Both the position numbers and the translations under genes were made by a program. A DNA stretch of 63,287 bases, filler included, from an uncultured Methanosarcinales archaeon (lineage in GTDB: Archaea > Nanobdellota > Nanobdellia > Woesearchaeales > JAGLXL01), in assembly GCA_964472345.1 (NCBI GenBank). It is 6 parts of 6 records of this genome, joined end to end, with 100 filler letters (N's around TTAATTAATTAA, not from the genome) between each part and the next. Parts side by side here need not be neighbours in the genome. Positions count along the whole stretch, not along the records: positions 12,083 to 23,859 come from CAYYLB010000041.1; 5 more parts are not named here. One strand, 5' to 3'. Below, piece after piece: positions 13,256 through 23,959 of this stretch; position 1 is the stretch's first letter; every line of letters starts with the position of its first letter. Below the pieces are notes generated by a model. The model was given only the letters and a program-made list of their open reading frames with translations, made no database searches and had not been told where the DNA came from.

Positions 13256-15475
13256 TTACCCAAACACATCAGTACAGCTTGCGATCCCGAGGGTGCTCTG
13301 GCAGACGCCGTCGAACGTGTTATCGGAGGCCTCGTCGCACGCGAAGCCCGTGCTGCCGCTGCAGCCGCAGGCATCTCCCTGATCGGCGATGCCGTTCCTG
13401 TTGAGATCGACGACGGGCAGGCCGCGCGGGCAGAAGCTCGCGCAGCCTTCGGCACCATAGCACCATCCCTGGGCGGGCCGCAGCCCGTAGGGAATGAATC
13501 CCTCGCATTCCGCAGCAATGGGAGCGCACTGGTACTGGGGGTCGTTGAAGCCGCAGGTGCTGGTGATGATCCAATCGGAATAGTGAACGTTGCTTGCGTC
13601 CGGCAACTCGCGGCAGGTGTTGCCACGGATGCCGTCGCAGCTGACTGTCTTCTGCTGGCGCTGCAGGAGGCGTGTCCCTTCGCAGCTGAGCTTCGCATTT
13701 GGCTGCGCGTCGCAGGCGAGCTCGTTCTTCTGCGCAAGGCGCCAGGTTGCAGGATCCTGTGCAGGGTCGCCGATGCAGCAGGTGTGATCCGCGAGGTAGG
13801 GAGCCTCGTCGGTGCCGGGTGGCGGAAGCGCACTGCTGCTGCGATGCGGAAGGCATGGTGCGACGAGCACGTCCTGCGCTGAAGAGGAAGACTGCGCGCG
13901 GCCGTTGTAGGACAGCGCAACGTCGAGCTGGAGCGCCGCGACGCGGATCAGCGGCCAGGCATTCTGGTCCCTTATCGTCGCGATGGCAGGCAATGGCTCT
14001 TCACAGCGCGCATAGCCGGGAAGGACGACGCATGCGCCATCCACCTGCACGAGGTCGCCGAAGGCGCTCCACTGGAATGTGTAGTCCGCAAATGGGTCGA
14101 GCGTCGTGTTGGCCGCCCGCGCATCAAGGATGATGGGGTCTTCGGGCGAGATGACATTGTCAGGGATGTCGCCGTACAGGTTTGCCGTGCGGAAGCCTGC
14201 GCTGAGCTGCGGCTCGATGAGGATGCGGACGTCCTGCCAGTCCTGCAGGCTGCCGTCGGTCGCCGTGGCCGTTTGCCGGTAATAGCCAGGTGCCATGCCT
14301 GCGGTCGCTGACGTGAATTCGCTTCCCTGGCTCGCGCCGAAGTCGCCCGAGGTTGCGAAGCGCACGCTGTCTTCGTCGGGGTCACTCGCATTCAGCGTGA
14401 GAGCAAGCTGCTCGCCGCGGATGAGAAGCGCATCGTAGCGATCGTGCAGTGACGGGTACTGCGCGACGTAGCCGAGCACCGGCGGGCGGTTTCTGCGGGC
14501 GAGCCAGAATACGTAGCTCTCATTGCCGAGCCGAGACGCGGTGTCGTTGATGACGAACATGTCGTCGGCTGCGAGCGCGATGCGCCGGAGCGCCAACTGG
14601 GGAGCGAGCAGCGCGAGCTGCGTCCCGGTTTCTGCGAGCGCTGCACTTTCCGCGGGGAACTCGACGTCGCTCACTTCGCGCATGAGGAAGTCAGTTAGTG
14701 CCTGATGCAGGCGCCTGAAGCGCACCGGAACGTCGGCGGAAAAGAGCAGCACCTCGGTGACAGGATCTCCTGCCGCACCCGTGATGGTGAAAGGGTATTC
14801 CAGCCGCGTGCTGACCTGCGCTGCGCCGAACTGGACGGTGGCATGCGGCTCACCTGCGAGAAATGTGGTGTTTCCCAGGCCGATCTCGCGCGCGATGCCC
14901 TCAAGCTGAACACAGGAGCGGACATACCTGATGATGTAGCGCTCGAGCTGGCTCCTGATGGAGAAAGGGCCATCCTCGAGCACGGGAAGCCTGCTCTCTC
15001 CAAAGCGCACGACACCATCATACTGCGGATAGCGGCAGAACGCCGGCGCCATCTCGCGGAAACCCTCGGAGCATGGGTAGCGCGGCGCTTCATCATGCGG
15101 GCGCGGGACGATGAGCAATGCGATTTTCCGCCCACGCGCGCCTTCGTCAAGCGTGAGGTATGCGGGAGCGTACTGCGCGCTATACTGCTCTACGTAAGGA
15201 TCCTGGAAGAGGTAACCGCCCTGCTCGCCGAGCAGCTTCATGCCGGATGCCAGGGCGTCCTCGACGCAGACGGAGATGAAGTGCTGCAAGGCCTCGGTCT
15301 GCGTCGCGCTCTGGACGGCGCGCTGCCGCTGCTCTTCGAGGCTGCGCCCGGAAAACTGGCTGAGGATGCTGAACAGGAGCACGACAACGAGCACGAGCAC
15401 CACTCCAAGAATCATGAAGAGCGTGACCTGTCCCCGTTCCATCGTCCATCCCTTCCATTTACCCCTTTCCATCAA
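13256..15475 (-). CDS. Large protein with a class III (type IV pilin-like) signal peptide and a Cys-rich C-terminus
   Basis: ERG|QVTLFMILGVVLVLVVVLL prepilin-type motif (likely start 15442); Ig/PKD-like RRNRPPVL...ASDPDED; Cys-rich tail. Confidence 0.7.
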   Translation of the reverse strand: MMERGKWKGWTMERGQVTLFMILGVVLVLVVVLLFSILSQFSGRSLEEQRQRAVQSATQTEALQHFISVCVEDALASGMKLLGEQGGYLFQDPYVEQYSAQYAPAYLTLDEGARGRKIALLIVPRPHDEAPRYPCSEGFREMAPAFCRYPQYDGVVRFGESRLPVLEDGPFSIRSQLERYIIRYVRSCVQLEGIAREIGLGNTTFLAGEPHATVQFGAAQVSTRLEYPFTITGAAGDPVTEVLLFSADVPVRFRRLHQALTDFLMREVSDVEFPAESAALAETGTQLALLAPQLALRRIALAADDMFVINDTASRLGNESYVFWLARRNRPPVLGYVAQYPSLHDRYDALLIRGEQLALTLNASDPDEDSVRFATSGDFGASQGSEFTSATAGMAPGYYRQTATATDGSLQDWQDVRILIEPQLSAGFRTANLYGDIPDNVISPEDPIILDARAANTTLDPFADYTFQWSAFGDLVQVDGACVVLPGYARCEEPLPAIATIRDQNAWPLIRVAALQLDVALSYNGRAQSSSSAQDVLVAPCLPHRSSSALPPPGTDEAPYLADHTCCIGDPAQDPATWRLAQKNELACDAQPNAKLSCEGTRLLQRQQKTVSCDGIRGNTCRELPDASNVHYSDWIITSTCGFNDPQYQCAPIAAECEGFIPYGLRPAQGWCYGAEGCASFCPRGLPVVDLNRNGIADQGDACGCSGSTGFACDEASDNTFDGVCQSTLGIASCTDVFG

Positions 15476-18216
15476 GAGAGGCGCAGCCGCGCGGTGAGCT
15501 CGGGCCAGAGCTGAAGGGCATTGCGGTCGCCGGTGAAGACACTGTACGTGCTGCCGTCCGCGCTGCAGACCAGATCAACTTTCGTGACATCCTGGTTTAT
15601 CCCTTTGACGAGCGCCTTGTTGTTCACGTAGGTGCAGAGGTCTGCGGCGAAGCCTTCGTAGCGCGCGGCGATGAAGCTTTTTTGCCCGACGTCTTCCTGC
15701 ACGGCGTAGATATGCCTGCCCGCGGCCGCGCTGACATAGAGCTTGCCGAACTGCGCGGCCTGCTGCACGAAGCTGTAGTCGGGCTGGATCTGGCTCGGCG
15801 GCTGGTAGCCCGTAATCCAGTTAAGGACAGAGCGGATGGGAGATTCAAACCACTCGGTGAAGCGCTGCACGGCCGATGGGCCGTCGAGGCTGAGCGCGTC
15901 GTTGCTGAAGACCATGGCATTGATCGACGGGTTGAACCAGATGCGCGCGTCGCCGCTGCAGCGCTGGAATGTCATATCGTCCCCGCTGCCGGAGCGCGTG
16001 CTGCAGTAGGTGGCAGGCCTGTCCAGCGCGAGGAGGAAGCTGCGCTGGGGATCGCTGATGGGGACGTTCAATGAGACGGCTGCGACGTGCTTTCGCTTGC
16101 CTGCGAAGCGGTCGCGGTACTCGAGGACGCAGAAGTTGTTCACGCAGTGCTCGCCACGGGCAGGGGTGCAGGGCGTGCGGAAGGCGCCCTGCCGCGGGCC
16201 CTGCAGGACGTCGAGGACGCTGCCGTACCCCGTGTCGACGAGGCTGCTGTTAAAAGCGTCGCAGATGAGCGAGTAGCGCTCGCGCGTATCGGCCGTCTGG
16301 TTCATGAGATCGAGCAAGGCGAGCGCGAGCAGCTTGGTGCGGGTTGTCCAGGTCTTCTGGGAGCAGTAGTGATCGAGGATGAACTGGCCTGAGCTGATGC
16401 ACTGCGGCGTCCTGCCGAGAAGCCATTGATCGGGCTGGCTGCTGAGGGAAGGGTCGCCTTGCAGGTCAACCAGGCACTGGCTCAGCGTCGGGCAGAAGCC
16501 GCTTTCCGCGCGGTCCCACGTGAAGGCGATCGGCGAGAAGACCCATTCACCATTCACGCAGCGGTGGTCGTTGACGGGCGGGAGCGTCGGGTCGCTGGCC
16601 ATGTTCGCGACGCAGCGCGCGCCGTCCCAGCAGGCATCGGAAGGGCAGCAGGAAAGGGTGTTACTGCCGACAAGCTGCGCGCTCTTCACAGTGGTGCGCT
16701 GGCCTGCAGCGAATGGGCCGCTGCTTTCGCCTGACCATGCAGTCTGGTCAGCGCGGCAGAAGAGGCCTTCGCGGATGGTGCATGCAGAGGCATCGGCTGC
16801 GGTGAAGCCGGCAAGTGTCTCTGCCGTTCCGCAGCGCGCGAGGGTGCCATCAGGATAATAGAGGGACGTCTTGGCAACGTTTTGAACCGGGGCCTGGCTT
16901 CCTGCGGGCTGGATGACTGTCGTTACCGTCGGGCGGCGTGTGTAGGTGACGGTGAGCCTGGGGCGCCTGCCGGAATCGCTGTAGTCGGATGAATAGTGGG
17001 CATAGACGCTGGCGCTTCCGCTGTCACCAATCATAATGATTCCATTATTTGTTCCCGAGAGCCATTTTTGCACGAGGGAGGGGTCGAGCTGCATGCTGGC
17101 AAGTGCACCGACGGCCGGCCGCACAGGAGCTAATGAAACGGGTGCTGCTGAGCGGTCAGTCGGGCCATCCGCATGCTCCCGCTCCCAGAGGTTCGTGCCA
17201 TCGTAGACATATCTCTTCGCGCCGTCTTCAGTCCACGGCTTGAGCACCTCATAGGCTGAGAATGCCACCGGCGTGCCACTGTCGGAATGCCAGAAAAAGA
17301 GATCGAGCTTTGCATTGTGAATGAGCGCGTCCGCTGGCAGGCGTGAAAGGTCAAACTTCAGGAGGCTGCGATATTTGATGTCATCACGGGGGTGAGTTCC
17401 AATTTCATTAAAGTACTTGTTACTGTAGTCTGGAGTTGAGGACGCTGCCGCTCCTGCGAGGATGGTCGTGTCTATTCCTTCGCCCCCAGGCTGCAGCGCC
17501 ACCGCCGTCTTTGGGCCCTGAGTGTAGGTTAGGGTGAGCTTTGGGCGCAGCGTGGGGTCGGGGTTGTTGGAGGAGTAGAACTGGTTCAGCACGTTCTGCT
17601 CGCGCGCATCGATGAGAATCAGGCCGGTGTTTGCTGCAGGGTTCGCAAGCCACCGCTCGATCAGCTCCGGGCTGAGGCTCCAGCTCACGAACCTGTTCAG
17701 CGTGCCTGAGCTGATGGCTGCGCGTGCGATGGGGGTCTGCGCCCGGTCCTGGATACCATTGGCAAGAGGGGACTGCCACTCGTTGAGGCCATCGTAGACG
17801 TCGGCAAATGCGCCGGATTCCTGCCAAGCCTGCAGGACTTCGAAAATGGCAACATCGGCAGGCCCTGAGCCGAGGGTGCTGCGGTGGAAGAGCTCAAGCC
17901 TGGCGCTCTGCACCACCGCATTGGGTGGGATGCTTGAGAGGTCAAAATGGAGGAGGGGGCGGAACTTCTGATCCTGCGTTGGATGCTCGCCAACCATCAG
18001 CATATCAAGAACCGCATAGGGGCTTTGGGTATAGGCCGTACCTTTCGTGACGCTTCCCACGATCGTGGTGTCCCGTGCGGTGGGGGTTGAGAGCTGGGCG
18101 GAGACAAACGGAAGGAGGCTGATGGCTCCAAGGAGGACGAGCACACGAAGCGCTGCCGCAGCGGGAGATGGCTTTACTGGACCGTTTTGAACTCTTTTTT
18201 TTGGCACGTCCATCAA
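15472..18216 (-). CDS. Secreted protein with two DNRLRE-like domains and a Cys-rich C-terminal region
   Basis: Two repeats of DTTI...R(P/S)LL(H/K)FDLS.(I/L)P....V.SARL.LF...N(T/N)G.I....SS....RP(K/R)LT(L/V)TY; N-terminal signal. Confidence 0.75.
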   Translation of the reverse strand: MMDVPKKRVQNGPVKPSPAAAALRVLVLLGAISLLPFVSAQLSTPTARDTTIVGSVTKGTAYTQSPYAVLDMLMVGEHPTQDQKFRPLLHFDLSSIPPNAVVQSARLELFHRSTLGSGPADVAIFEVLQAWQESGAFADVYDGLNEWQSPLANGIQDRAQTPIARAAISSGTLNRFVSWSLSPELIERWLANPAANTGLILIDAREQNVLNQFYSSNNPDPTLRPKLTLTYTQGPKTAVALQPGGEGIDTTILAGAAASSTPDYSNKYFNEIGTHPRDDIKYRSLLKFDLSRLPADALIHNAKLDLFFWHSDSGTPVAFSAYEVLKPWTEDGAKRYVYDGTNLWEREHADGPTDRSAAPVSLAPVRPAVGALASMQLDPSLVQKWLSGTNNGIIMIGDSGSASVYAHYSSDYSDSGRRPRLTVTYTRRPTVTTVIQPAGSQAPVQNVAKTSLYYPDGTLARCGTAETLAGFTAADASACTIREGLFCRADQTAWSGESSGPFAAGQRTTVKSAQLVGSNTLSCCPSDACWDGARCVANMASDPTLPPVNDHRCVNGEWVFSPIAFTWDRAESGFCPTLSQCLVDLQGDPSLSSQPDQWLLGRTPQCISSGQFILDHYCSQKTWTTRTKLLALALLDLMNQTADTRERYSLICDAFNSSLVDTGYGSVLDVLQGPRQGAFRTPCTPARGEHCVNNFCVLEYRDRFAGKRKHVAAVSLNVPISDPQRSFLLALDRPATYCSTRSGSGDDMTFQRCSGDARIWFNPSINAMVFSNDALSLDGPSAVQRFTEWFESPIRSVLNWITGYQPPSQIQPDYSFVQQAAQFGKLYVSAAAGRHIYAVQEDVGQKSFIAARYEGFAADLCTYVNNKALVKGINQDVTKVDLVCSADGSTYSVFTGDRNALQLWPELTARLRLS

Positions 18217-18240
18217 TGGTTCACCGTCGTTCGGTAATTT

Positions 18241-21200
18241 TTAAATGTTGTTGCCATTCTTCCTCTTTGTTTTTGCCCTGCCCCTCTGGTGCGGCCTGTG
18301 CGTGAATTGCAGCCGCCGAATCCCCTTCAAGCCGCCGTAGGGCACTTCACGGCCGGAAGCCTGCTGGGAGCGAGGCGGCCTGATATGCGCCTGATAGTAA
18401 CGCCACAGGCCGATTGATGCGAGCACGACCGCAAGCGCAATGATGATAAGGATAAAGAGCCTTCCGCGCTTCTGGGACGCTTCCGGCTGCAGGGGCTGCT
18501 CTGCGGATGGCCCGCAGCGGCCTTCCTCGCAGGCTGCGCCGAGCGTGCAGTCACGGTCGTCGAGACATTCGAGCCCCCCGGCAAAGCAGGTGTCGCGCAG
18601 GCAGTTGCCGCTCTCGCAATCAGCGCCGACGCTGCAGGATGAGCCGATGCCGCAGGGCAGGCAGCTCCCGCCGCAGTCGATGCCTGACTCGTCACCGTTG
18701 AGCAGGCGGTCGCGGCAGGAAGGCGTGTAGGTGGAAGTGCAGGAGCGGGTTTCATCGGGCTTGGGAAGGCGGGAGATGACATTCAGCGTCGTGCGGATGA
18801 CGCGCCGTTCGAGGCAGCTGCTGCTGTCGGTGCAGGTGCGGCGCTGCAGCCCATCGGAGCAGGCGCTCCAGGAAGTGCAGCCCCATTTCTGCTCGCAGAA
18901 GCTCTCGCCGCTGCCGCTGCGGCCGCCGCCCCCGCCGCCGCCAGTTGCCGGCTGCTGCTCCTGAGAAGGCTCCTGCGGCGAGCCGGGCTCCCCCGCGGCG
19001 CAGACGCCGCAGTCTGACGGGCAGGTCGCGCAGCTCTCGAAGGCCTGGCAGGTGGCAGCGACGTCGCCGCACTGGTTGTAGACCTGCGAGAGGTTCTTGG
19101 GGCACGTGTAGGTAAGGCCGTTGAAGACCACCGAGCCGCTGACGCAGACGCCGTCGGTCACGTTGGCATCAATGAGCGTCATGTTGGTGATAGTCGAGTT
19201 CAGCACGACGGAATTGTTGAGGAGCGAGCCGTTCACGGCCGCACCGGTGCAGGTCGCGTTGCGCTCGACGCTGTCCACGAGGGTGCAGCGGACGTTGAAC
19301 GATCCGATGACGGTCGCGTTGGTCAGGTTGCTCTGGAGCTTCGTCGAATTGATGATGGTGGATGCGCTTGCGGTCGAATTGACGAGCGTTGAGTTCGTCA
19401 CGGTGCTGCCGGTGACGGTGCTCCCTTCCACGACGCTCTGGTTGAGCGTGCTTCCGCTGAGGGTGGAGCCGTTCACGACCGAGCGACTGATGGTGCCGCC
19501 GGTCACCGTCGAATCTGTCTCGTTGCTGCCGATGAGCGTGCCCCCGATGTCCACGGAGTTGATGACCAGCGCGTCGATCTTCGTGGCGTCGGTCAGGGTG
19601 CTGTTGATGAGCGTGCTGTTGATAACCATGCTGCTGGTGACGGTCGAGTCGTTGACCTCGCTGTTGTTGACGGTCGAGTTCGTGATGGTGCTCGGATCGA
19701 GGAAGCTCTCCTGGACGAACGAGCCGATGATGAGCGTGTCGAACGCGACCGTGTCTTCAAGCGTCGCTTGCCCGACGGTGACGTTGTCCAGAGTGACATT
19801 CGTGACGATGCTCTCGTTCAGCAGGCTGTCGGTGATGTTCGAGCTGTTGACGCTGCTGTTGATGGCGAAGCTGTTCTGGACGAACGAGTCGAGGGCGACG
19901 TACACCGAGCGCTCGCCCGGCGGGTTTGCGAGGTTGGCGTTCGATGCCGCGTCAATGGCGGTCGCACGGAGGCGGTGGCTGCCGCTGCCCGCAGGGCTCC
20001 AGACGGACTGCCACGAAGCCGTGCCGGTGATGGGCTGCGGCTCGTCGCGGATGGCAAGCAGCGTCTGCGCAACGCGGATGGCGTCGGCGGCGATGCCCCG
20101 GACGGTGAATGGGAAGTGGTTGAAGCCGAGAAGCTCATGCTGACGCGGCGCGAGGAACTGGGAAGCGGGAGGCTCGCGATCGACCTGGAAGGCGAGCGCC
20201 GTCGTTGCCGTGGAGCCTGCCGCGTCGGACGCGTACTTGACGAGCGAATAAACACCGTCAGGGAGGGGGGAGATATCCACCTCGCTGGTCCAGAGGGAGG
20301 GAGTGGCGGCGGAGCGCGCGAAGCTGAGCCTGCTCCTGCTCGCATCGTAGTAGCTGATGAAGGCAGCCGTTGCGTCGCGCACCGCGATGGACGAGGTGAG
20401 GCCGACGACGCCGCGCACGTCAACGGGTGAGATGCTCCACGTCAGGCCTCCGTCGCGGGTGAATGCGCTCTTCAGGTTCTCGCCGGACGCATCGTAGTAG
20501 CTGATGAATGCTGTCTGCGCATCGGATGCGTGAATCGCGGTGGCGAGGCCTACGTTGCCCATCGTGTCGGGCGTCTTGACTGTCCATGCGGCGCCGCTGT
20601 CGTGCGAAACCGCGACTTTCAGGTCGCCGCTGGTAGCATCGTAATAGCTGATGAAAAGGTCGCCTGCGGACGGCGCTGCGATCGCAACGTGCATGCCGGC
20701 ATTGCCCTGCGCGTCTATGACAGAGCGCTGCCAGGTGATGCCTCCGTCGGCGGACTTCGCGAACCTGAGGTTTCCGTTCGTCGCGTCGTAATAGCTGAGG
20801 TAGAGCGTGGCTGCGGCAGGAGCGGCGAGCGCCGTGTACCGGCCGACGTCACCAACCGCATCGACGCGCTGGACGCTCCACTGGCCGCCTGCGTCGCCTG
20901 AGGAAGCGAGCTTCAGGTCGCCGCTGGTAGCATCGTAATAGCTGATGAAGAGATCCGTTTGCGTCGGGGCGGCGATCGACGGGGAGAAGCCGACGGCGCC
21001 GTCGCTGTCGATGGTCTTTCTGGACCAAGTGATGCCGCCGTCATGCGAGGCAGCGAACCGGAGCATCGTGTCTGCAGGGAATGTGGCATCGCGGTAGCTG
21101 ACATAAAGGTCATCTGCTGATGGCGCCGCGATGGAGGGGGAGAGGCCGGTCTTGCCTGCTGCATCGATGAGCACTGAGGGGGACCAGGTGATGCCGCTGT

Positions 21201-23859
21201 CGGAGGAGCGCGCGAACCTGAGGGACTTGGTGAGGGAGTCATGGTAGGCGACTACGAGCGGGCCGCCGGCTGACTGCGCAAGCGAGGAGTAGGAGCCGAC
21301 GCTCGGGCCATCGTCGATGACGCTGAGCACCCAGCGGAGCAGCGATGAGGACTGTGGGGTGCGGGGGATGACCGGCTCACCGCTCCCGTCAATGACCTCA
21401 TAGGAGATGCCTGCGATCTCCGCATCGAGCACTTCCTCGACCGCCCCGAAGTTGGTGTTGAGGATCGCATCGCGCTCCGGGTAGAGGAAGGTGATGGTGG
21501 GGGCGGTGTTGTCGACGGTGATGGAGAGCGCTGCAGAACGGATAATGTTCCCTGCGCGGTCGGCTGCCTGCGCCACGATGCTGTGGGTTCCGTCGGAAAA
21601 CTGCAGGGTGTCCCATGTCGCGGCGCAGGCGCTCTGGAGCTGCGCGGCAGCGGGGGTGCAGGTGCCCAGCACGGCGTTGTCGATGAGGATTTGGATAGTG
21701 CGGATGCCGCTGTGCGCGTCGGCTGCGAGGGCGACGATGCTTTGGGCGTTGGCGACTGACCGGCCGGGCTGCGGCGTGGGGCTGCTGAATGAGAGCAATG
21801 GCGGAAGCGTATCAATGAGAAAATCCGCAGTTGCGAGCGACTCCTGACCCTGCGCTGAGACTGCTTTCTTCACTAAGGTATAATTGCCCGGGGCAAGGGC
21901 GCCTGTGCCTACGGTGGCGAACCAGATCGTCGGCGTGAGGTTCGTCTGGTTGAGCCAGGGAGTCACGTTCCCGGAGGCGTTCGCCAGCCGGAAGATGACA
22001 TAGTTGAGCTCAGCGCCGGCGATGATGTCGGTGATGTTCAGCTCCGTGGTGATGATGCTGCCGTTCGCCGGTTCGGTGAGCGTTATGACCGCCTCACGCA
22101 AGGGAGGAAGCGGGGGCACCGGCAACTCAGGGGGAGGCGGCAGCTCGGGGGGAGGCGGGACGGGAAGCAGCTCCTCCTGTGGCGCGGTGGGGCTCTGGTT
22201 CACGATGAATGTGAGCGATGCGGTGCTGGTATCTCCATCGGCGCCTGTCGCGTTCTTGATGAGGGTGTAGTTCCCATCGGCAAGCCCGCTGATGTTGATG
22301 AAGCTGGTCCAGTTGGAAGGGGACTGGTTGGTCTGGTTGAGCCATGGCGTAAGCTCGCCGGACTGGTTGGAGAGCTGGTAGAGCACATAATCAATGTCCC
22401 CGGTGATGTTCTCGGTGATGTTGAAGCTTTCGCTGACGACGGAGCCGTTCTGGGGGTCGGTGATCGTGATGGTTACCGCCGGGGACGGTTCCGGCAGCGG
22501 CGAGGGGTCGCAGGCGTCGCCGATCCCGTCCGCGTCGCTGTCAAGCTGATCGGTGTTGGCGTTTCGCGGGCAGTTGTCAGCGGCGTCGGGCACGCCGTCA
22601 TTGTCATCGTCGGGGTCGCAGGCGTCTCCCTGGGCGTCACCATCCAGGTTCGCCTGGTCTGTGTTGCCGATTAACGGGCAGTTGTCATTCGCATCGGGAA
22701 TGCCGTCGCCGTCGGAATCAACGGGCGGCGGCGGGGGCGGGGGAGCGGCTGCGTATTCGATAACAAGCCGCGGGCGCCTGCTGGCGTCGCTGTAATCAGA
22801 TGTGTAAATCGAGTAAAGGGCGTTGTTCTCGCGCCCGTCGATGAGGAGCAGGCCATTGTTTGCATTTGGATCCGTGAGCCAGCGCTGGACAAGCTCCGGG
22901 GCGATGCTCCAGCTGTTGCGCTGCCCGAGCTGCGGAGTGATGGCGCTCAGCGGCTGGGCGGCATGATCCTGAAGGCCGCTGGCGAGCTGCTGCTGCCAGA
23001 GGTTGCCGGGGCCGGCGTAGGTGTCCTCGTAGGCGCCGAACTCCGTCCAGGGCTTCAGCGCCTCATAGATGCCGAGCTGGCTGATTCCGCTTCCTGATGT
23101 GGCGATAGGATAGGTGCCGCCGGGGCCCGCGGGGTTCCCGTTGCCGTGCATCTCCGGGATAAAAAGCTCGAGCGTGGCGCGCTGCACGGCGATGCCCTGC
23201 GGGACGGTGGAGAGATCGAACCTGAGCAGGCCACGATACTTATAGGGAGCGTTCGGATGCTCTCCGACGTCCATGAACCCGTGCGAGCCGTAAGGGGTGC
23301 AGCAATTCCGGTTATTGTAGCGGATGTCGGTGCGGATGGAGGTGTCGATGCCGCTTGCGGAGCCGGGCTGGAGCGTGATGGAAGGGATGGTGATAATCAG
23401 CTGCGGGCGGAGCGTTGCGGGGTCGCCGGTTCCGATGTTGCTGTCGCTCGAAACGAAGCACTTCGCGTCCGGTGCGAGCGTTCCGGTTTCCGTACTGTCG
23501 ATGAACGCAAGGCCGAGATTCTGCCGCGTGCCGGCTTTCCACTCACGGTAAACGCCGGTGATGTCAAGCCGCTCGACCTCTCCGGTGGCCTGCACGTCGG
23601 CGCTTGCGATGATTGTCGGCTCAGTTGTTGGCTGCGTGCTCCAAGTTGTGCTTTCGCTCCATGCCGAGGTGACGGGGCGAATGGTGACGGTGCGGGTGGT
23701 CGCGGTGGTCGTGGCGAAACCTGAAACGAGCCTCAGCTCCACTTTCTCGACGCTGGAAGGCAATGATGCGACATCAAACTTCAGGAAGGAGCGGTGCGGC
23801 TTGGTTGCCGTGGCGAGGCCATAGCAGAGGCCGCCGGTGGGGAAGGCGCCGAACTGGTT
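18241..23859 (-). CDS. Giant mosaic surface protein: DNRLRE x2, TSP type-3 repeats, Ig-like domains, BNR/Asp-box propeller, S/T/N-rich beta-helix, Cys-rich domains, TM anchor (5' truncated)
   Basis: Frame open to the gap ([14 protein letters not shown]); [15 protein letters not shown]...[15 protein letters not shown] (TSP3); repeated [18 protein letters not shown] (Asp-box); [17 protein letters not shown] pentapeptides; C-terminal TM. Confidence 0.8.
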   Translation of the reverse strand, partial: NQFGAFPTGGLCYGLATATKPHRSFLKFDVASLPSSVEKVELRLVSGFATTTATTRTVTIRPVTSAWSESTTWSTQPTTEPTIIASADVQATGEVERLDITGVYREWKAGTRQNLGLAFIDSTETGTLAPDAKCFVSSDSNIGTGDPATLRPQLIITIPSITLQPGSASGIDTSIRTDIRYNNRNCCTPYGSHGFMDVGEHPNAPYKYRGLLRFDLSTVPQGIAVQRATLELFIPEMHGNGNPAGPGGTYPIATSGSGISQLGIYEALKPWTEFGAYEDTYAGPGNLWQQQLASGLQDHAAQPLSAITPQLGQRNSWSIAPELVQRWLTDPNANNGLLLIDGRENNALYSIYTSDYSDASRRPRLVIEYAAAPPPPPPPVDSDGDGIPDANDNCPLIGNTDQANLDGDAQGDACDPDDDNDGVPDAADNCPRNANTDQLDSDADGIGDACDPSPLPEPSPAVTITITDPQNGSVVSESFNITENITGDIDYVLYQLSNQSGELTPWLNQTNQSPSNWTSFINISGLADGNYTLIKNATGADGDTSTASLTFIVNQSPTAPQEELLPVPPPPELPPPPELPVPPLPPLREAVITLTEPANGSIITTELNITDIIAGAELNYVIFRLANASGNVTPWLNQTNLTPTIWFATVGTGALAPGNYTLVKKAVSAQGQESLATADFLIDTLPPLLSFSSPTPQPGRSVANAQSIVALAADAHSGIRTIQILIDNAVLGTCTPAAAQLQSACAATWDTLQFSDGTHSIVAQAADRAGNIIRSAALSITVDNTAPTITFLYPERDAILNTNFGAVEEVLDAEIAGISYEVIDGSGEPVIPRTPQSSSLLRWVLSVIDDGPSVGSYSSLAQSAGGPLVVAYHDSLTKSLRFARSSDSGITWSPSVLIDAAGKTGLSPSIAAPSADDLYVSYRDATFPADTMLRFAASHDGGITWSRKTIDSDGAVGFSPSIAAPTQTDLFISYYDATSGDLKLASSGDAGGQWSVQRVDAVGDVGRYTALAAPAAATLYLSYYDATNGNLRFAKSADGGITWQRSVIDAQGNAGMHVAIAAPSAGDLFISYYDATSGDLKVAVSHDSGAAWTVKTPDTMGNVGLATAIHASDAQTAFISYYDASGENLKSAFTRDGGLTWSISPVDVRGVVGLTSSIAVRDATAAFISYYDASRSRLSFARSAATPSLWTSEVDISPLPDGVYSLVKYASDAAGSTATTALAFQVDREPPASQFLAPRQHELLGFNHFPFTVRGIAADAIRVAQTLLAIRDEPQPITGTASWQSVWSPAGSGSHRLRATAIDAASNANLANPPGERSVYVALDSFVQNSFAINSSVNSSNITDSLLNESIVTNVTLDNVTVGQATLEDTVAFDTLIIGSFVQESFLDPSTITNSTVNNSEVNDSTVTSSMVINSTLINSTLTDATKIDALVINSVDIGGTLIGSNETDSTVTGGTISRSVVNGSTLSGSTLNQSVVEGSTVTGSTVTNSTLVNSTASASTIINSTKLQSNLTNATVIGSFNVRCTLVDSVERNATCTGAAVNGSLLNNSVVLNSTITNMTLIDANVTDGVCVSGSVVFNGLTYTCPKNLSQVYNQCGDVAATCQAFESCATCPSDCGVCAAGEPGSPQEPSQEQQPATGGGGGGGRSGSGESFCEQKWGCTSWSACSDGLQRRTCTDSSSCLERRVIRTTLNVISRLPKPDETRSCTSTYTPSCRDRLLNGDESGIDCGGSCLPCGIGSSCSVGADCESGNCLRDTCFAGGLECLDDRDCTLGAACEEGRCGPSAEQPLQPEASQKRGRLFILIIIALAVVLASIGLWRYYQAHIRPPRSQQASGREVPYGGLKGIRRLQFTHRPHQRGRAKTKRKNGNNI

Positions 23860-23959
23860 NNNNNNNNNNNNNNNNNNNNNNNNNNNNNNNNNNNNNNNNN
23901 NNNTTAATTAATTAANNNNNNNNNNNNNNNNNNNNNNNNNNNNNNNNNNNNNNNNNNNN

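Noticed and set aside
20330..21260. Periodic near-identical repeats (gtaatagctgatgaa...caggtcgccgctggtagcatc) as a CRISPR-like array
   Set aside because: In-frame coding repeats of the Asp-box propeller blades.
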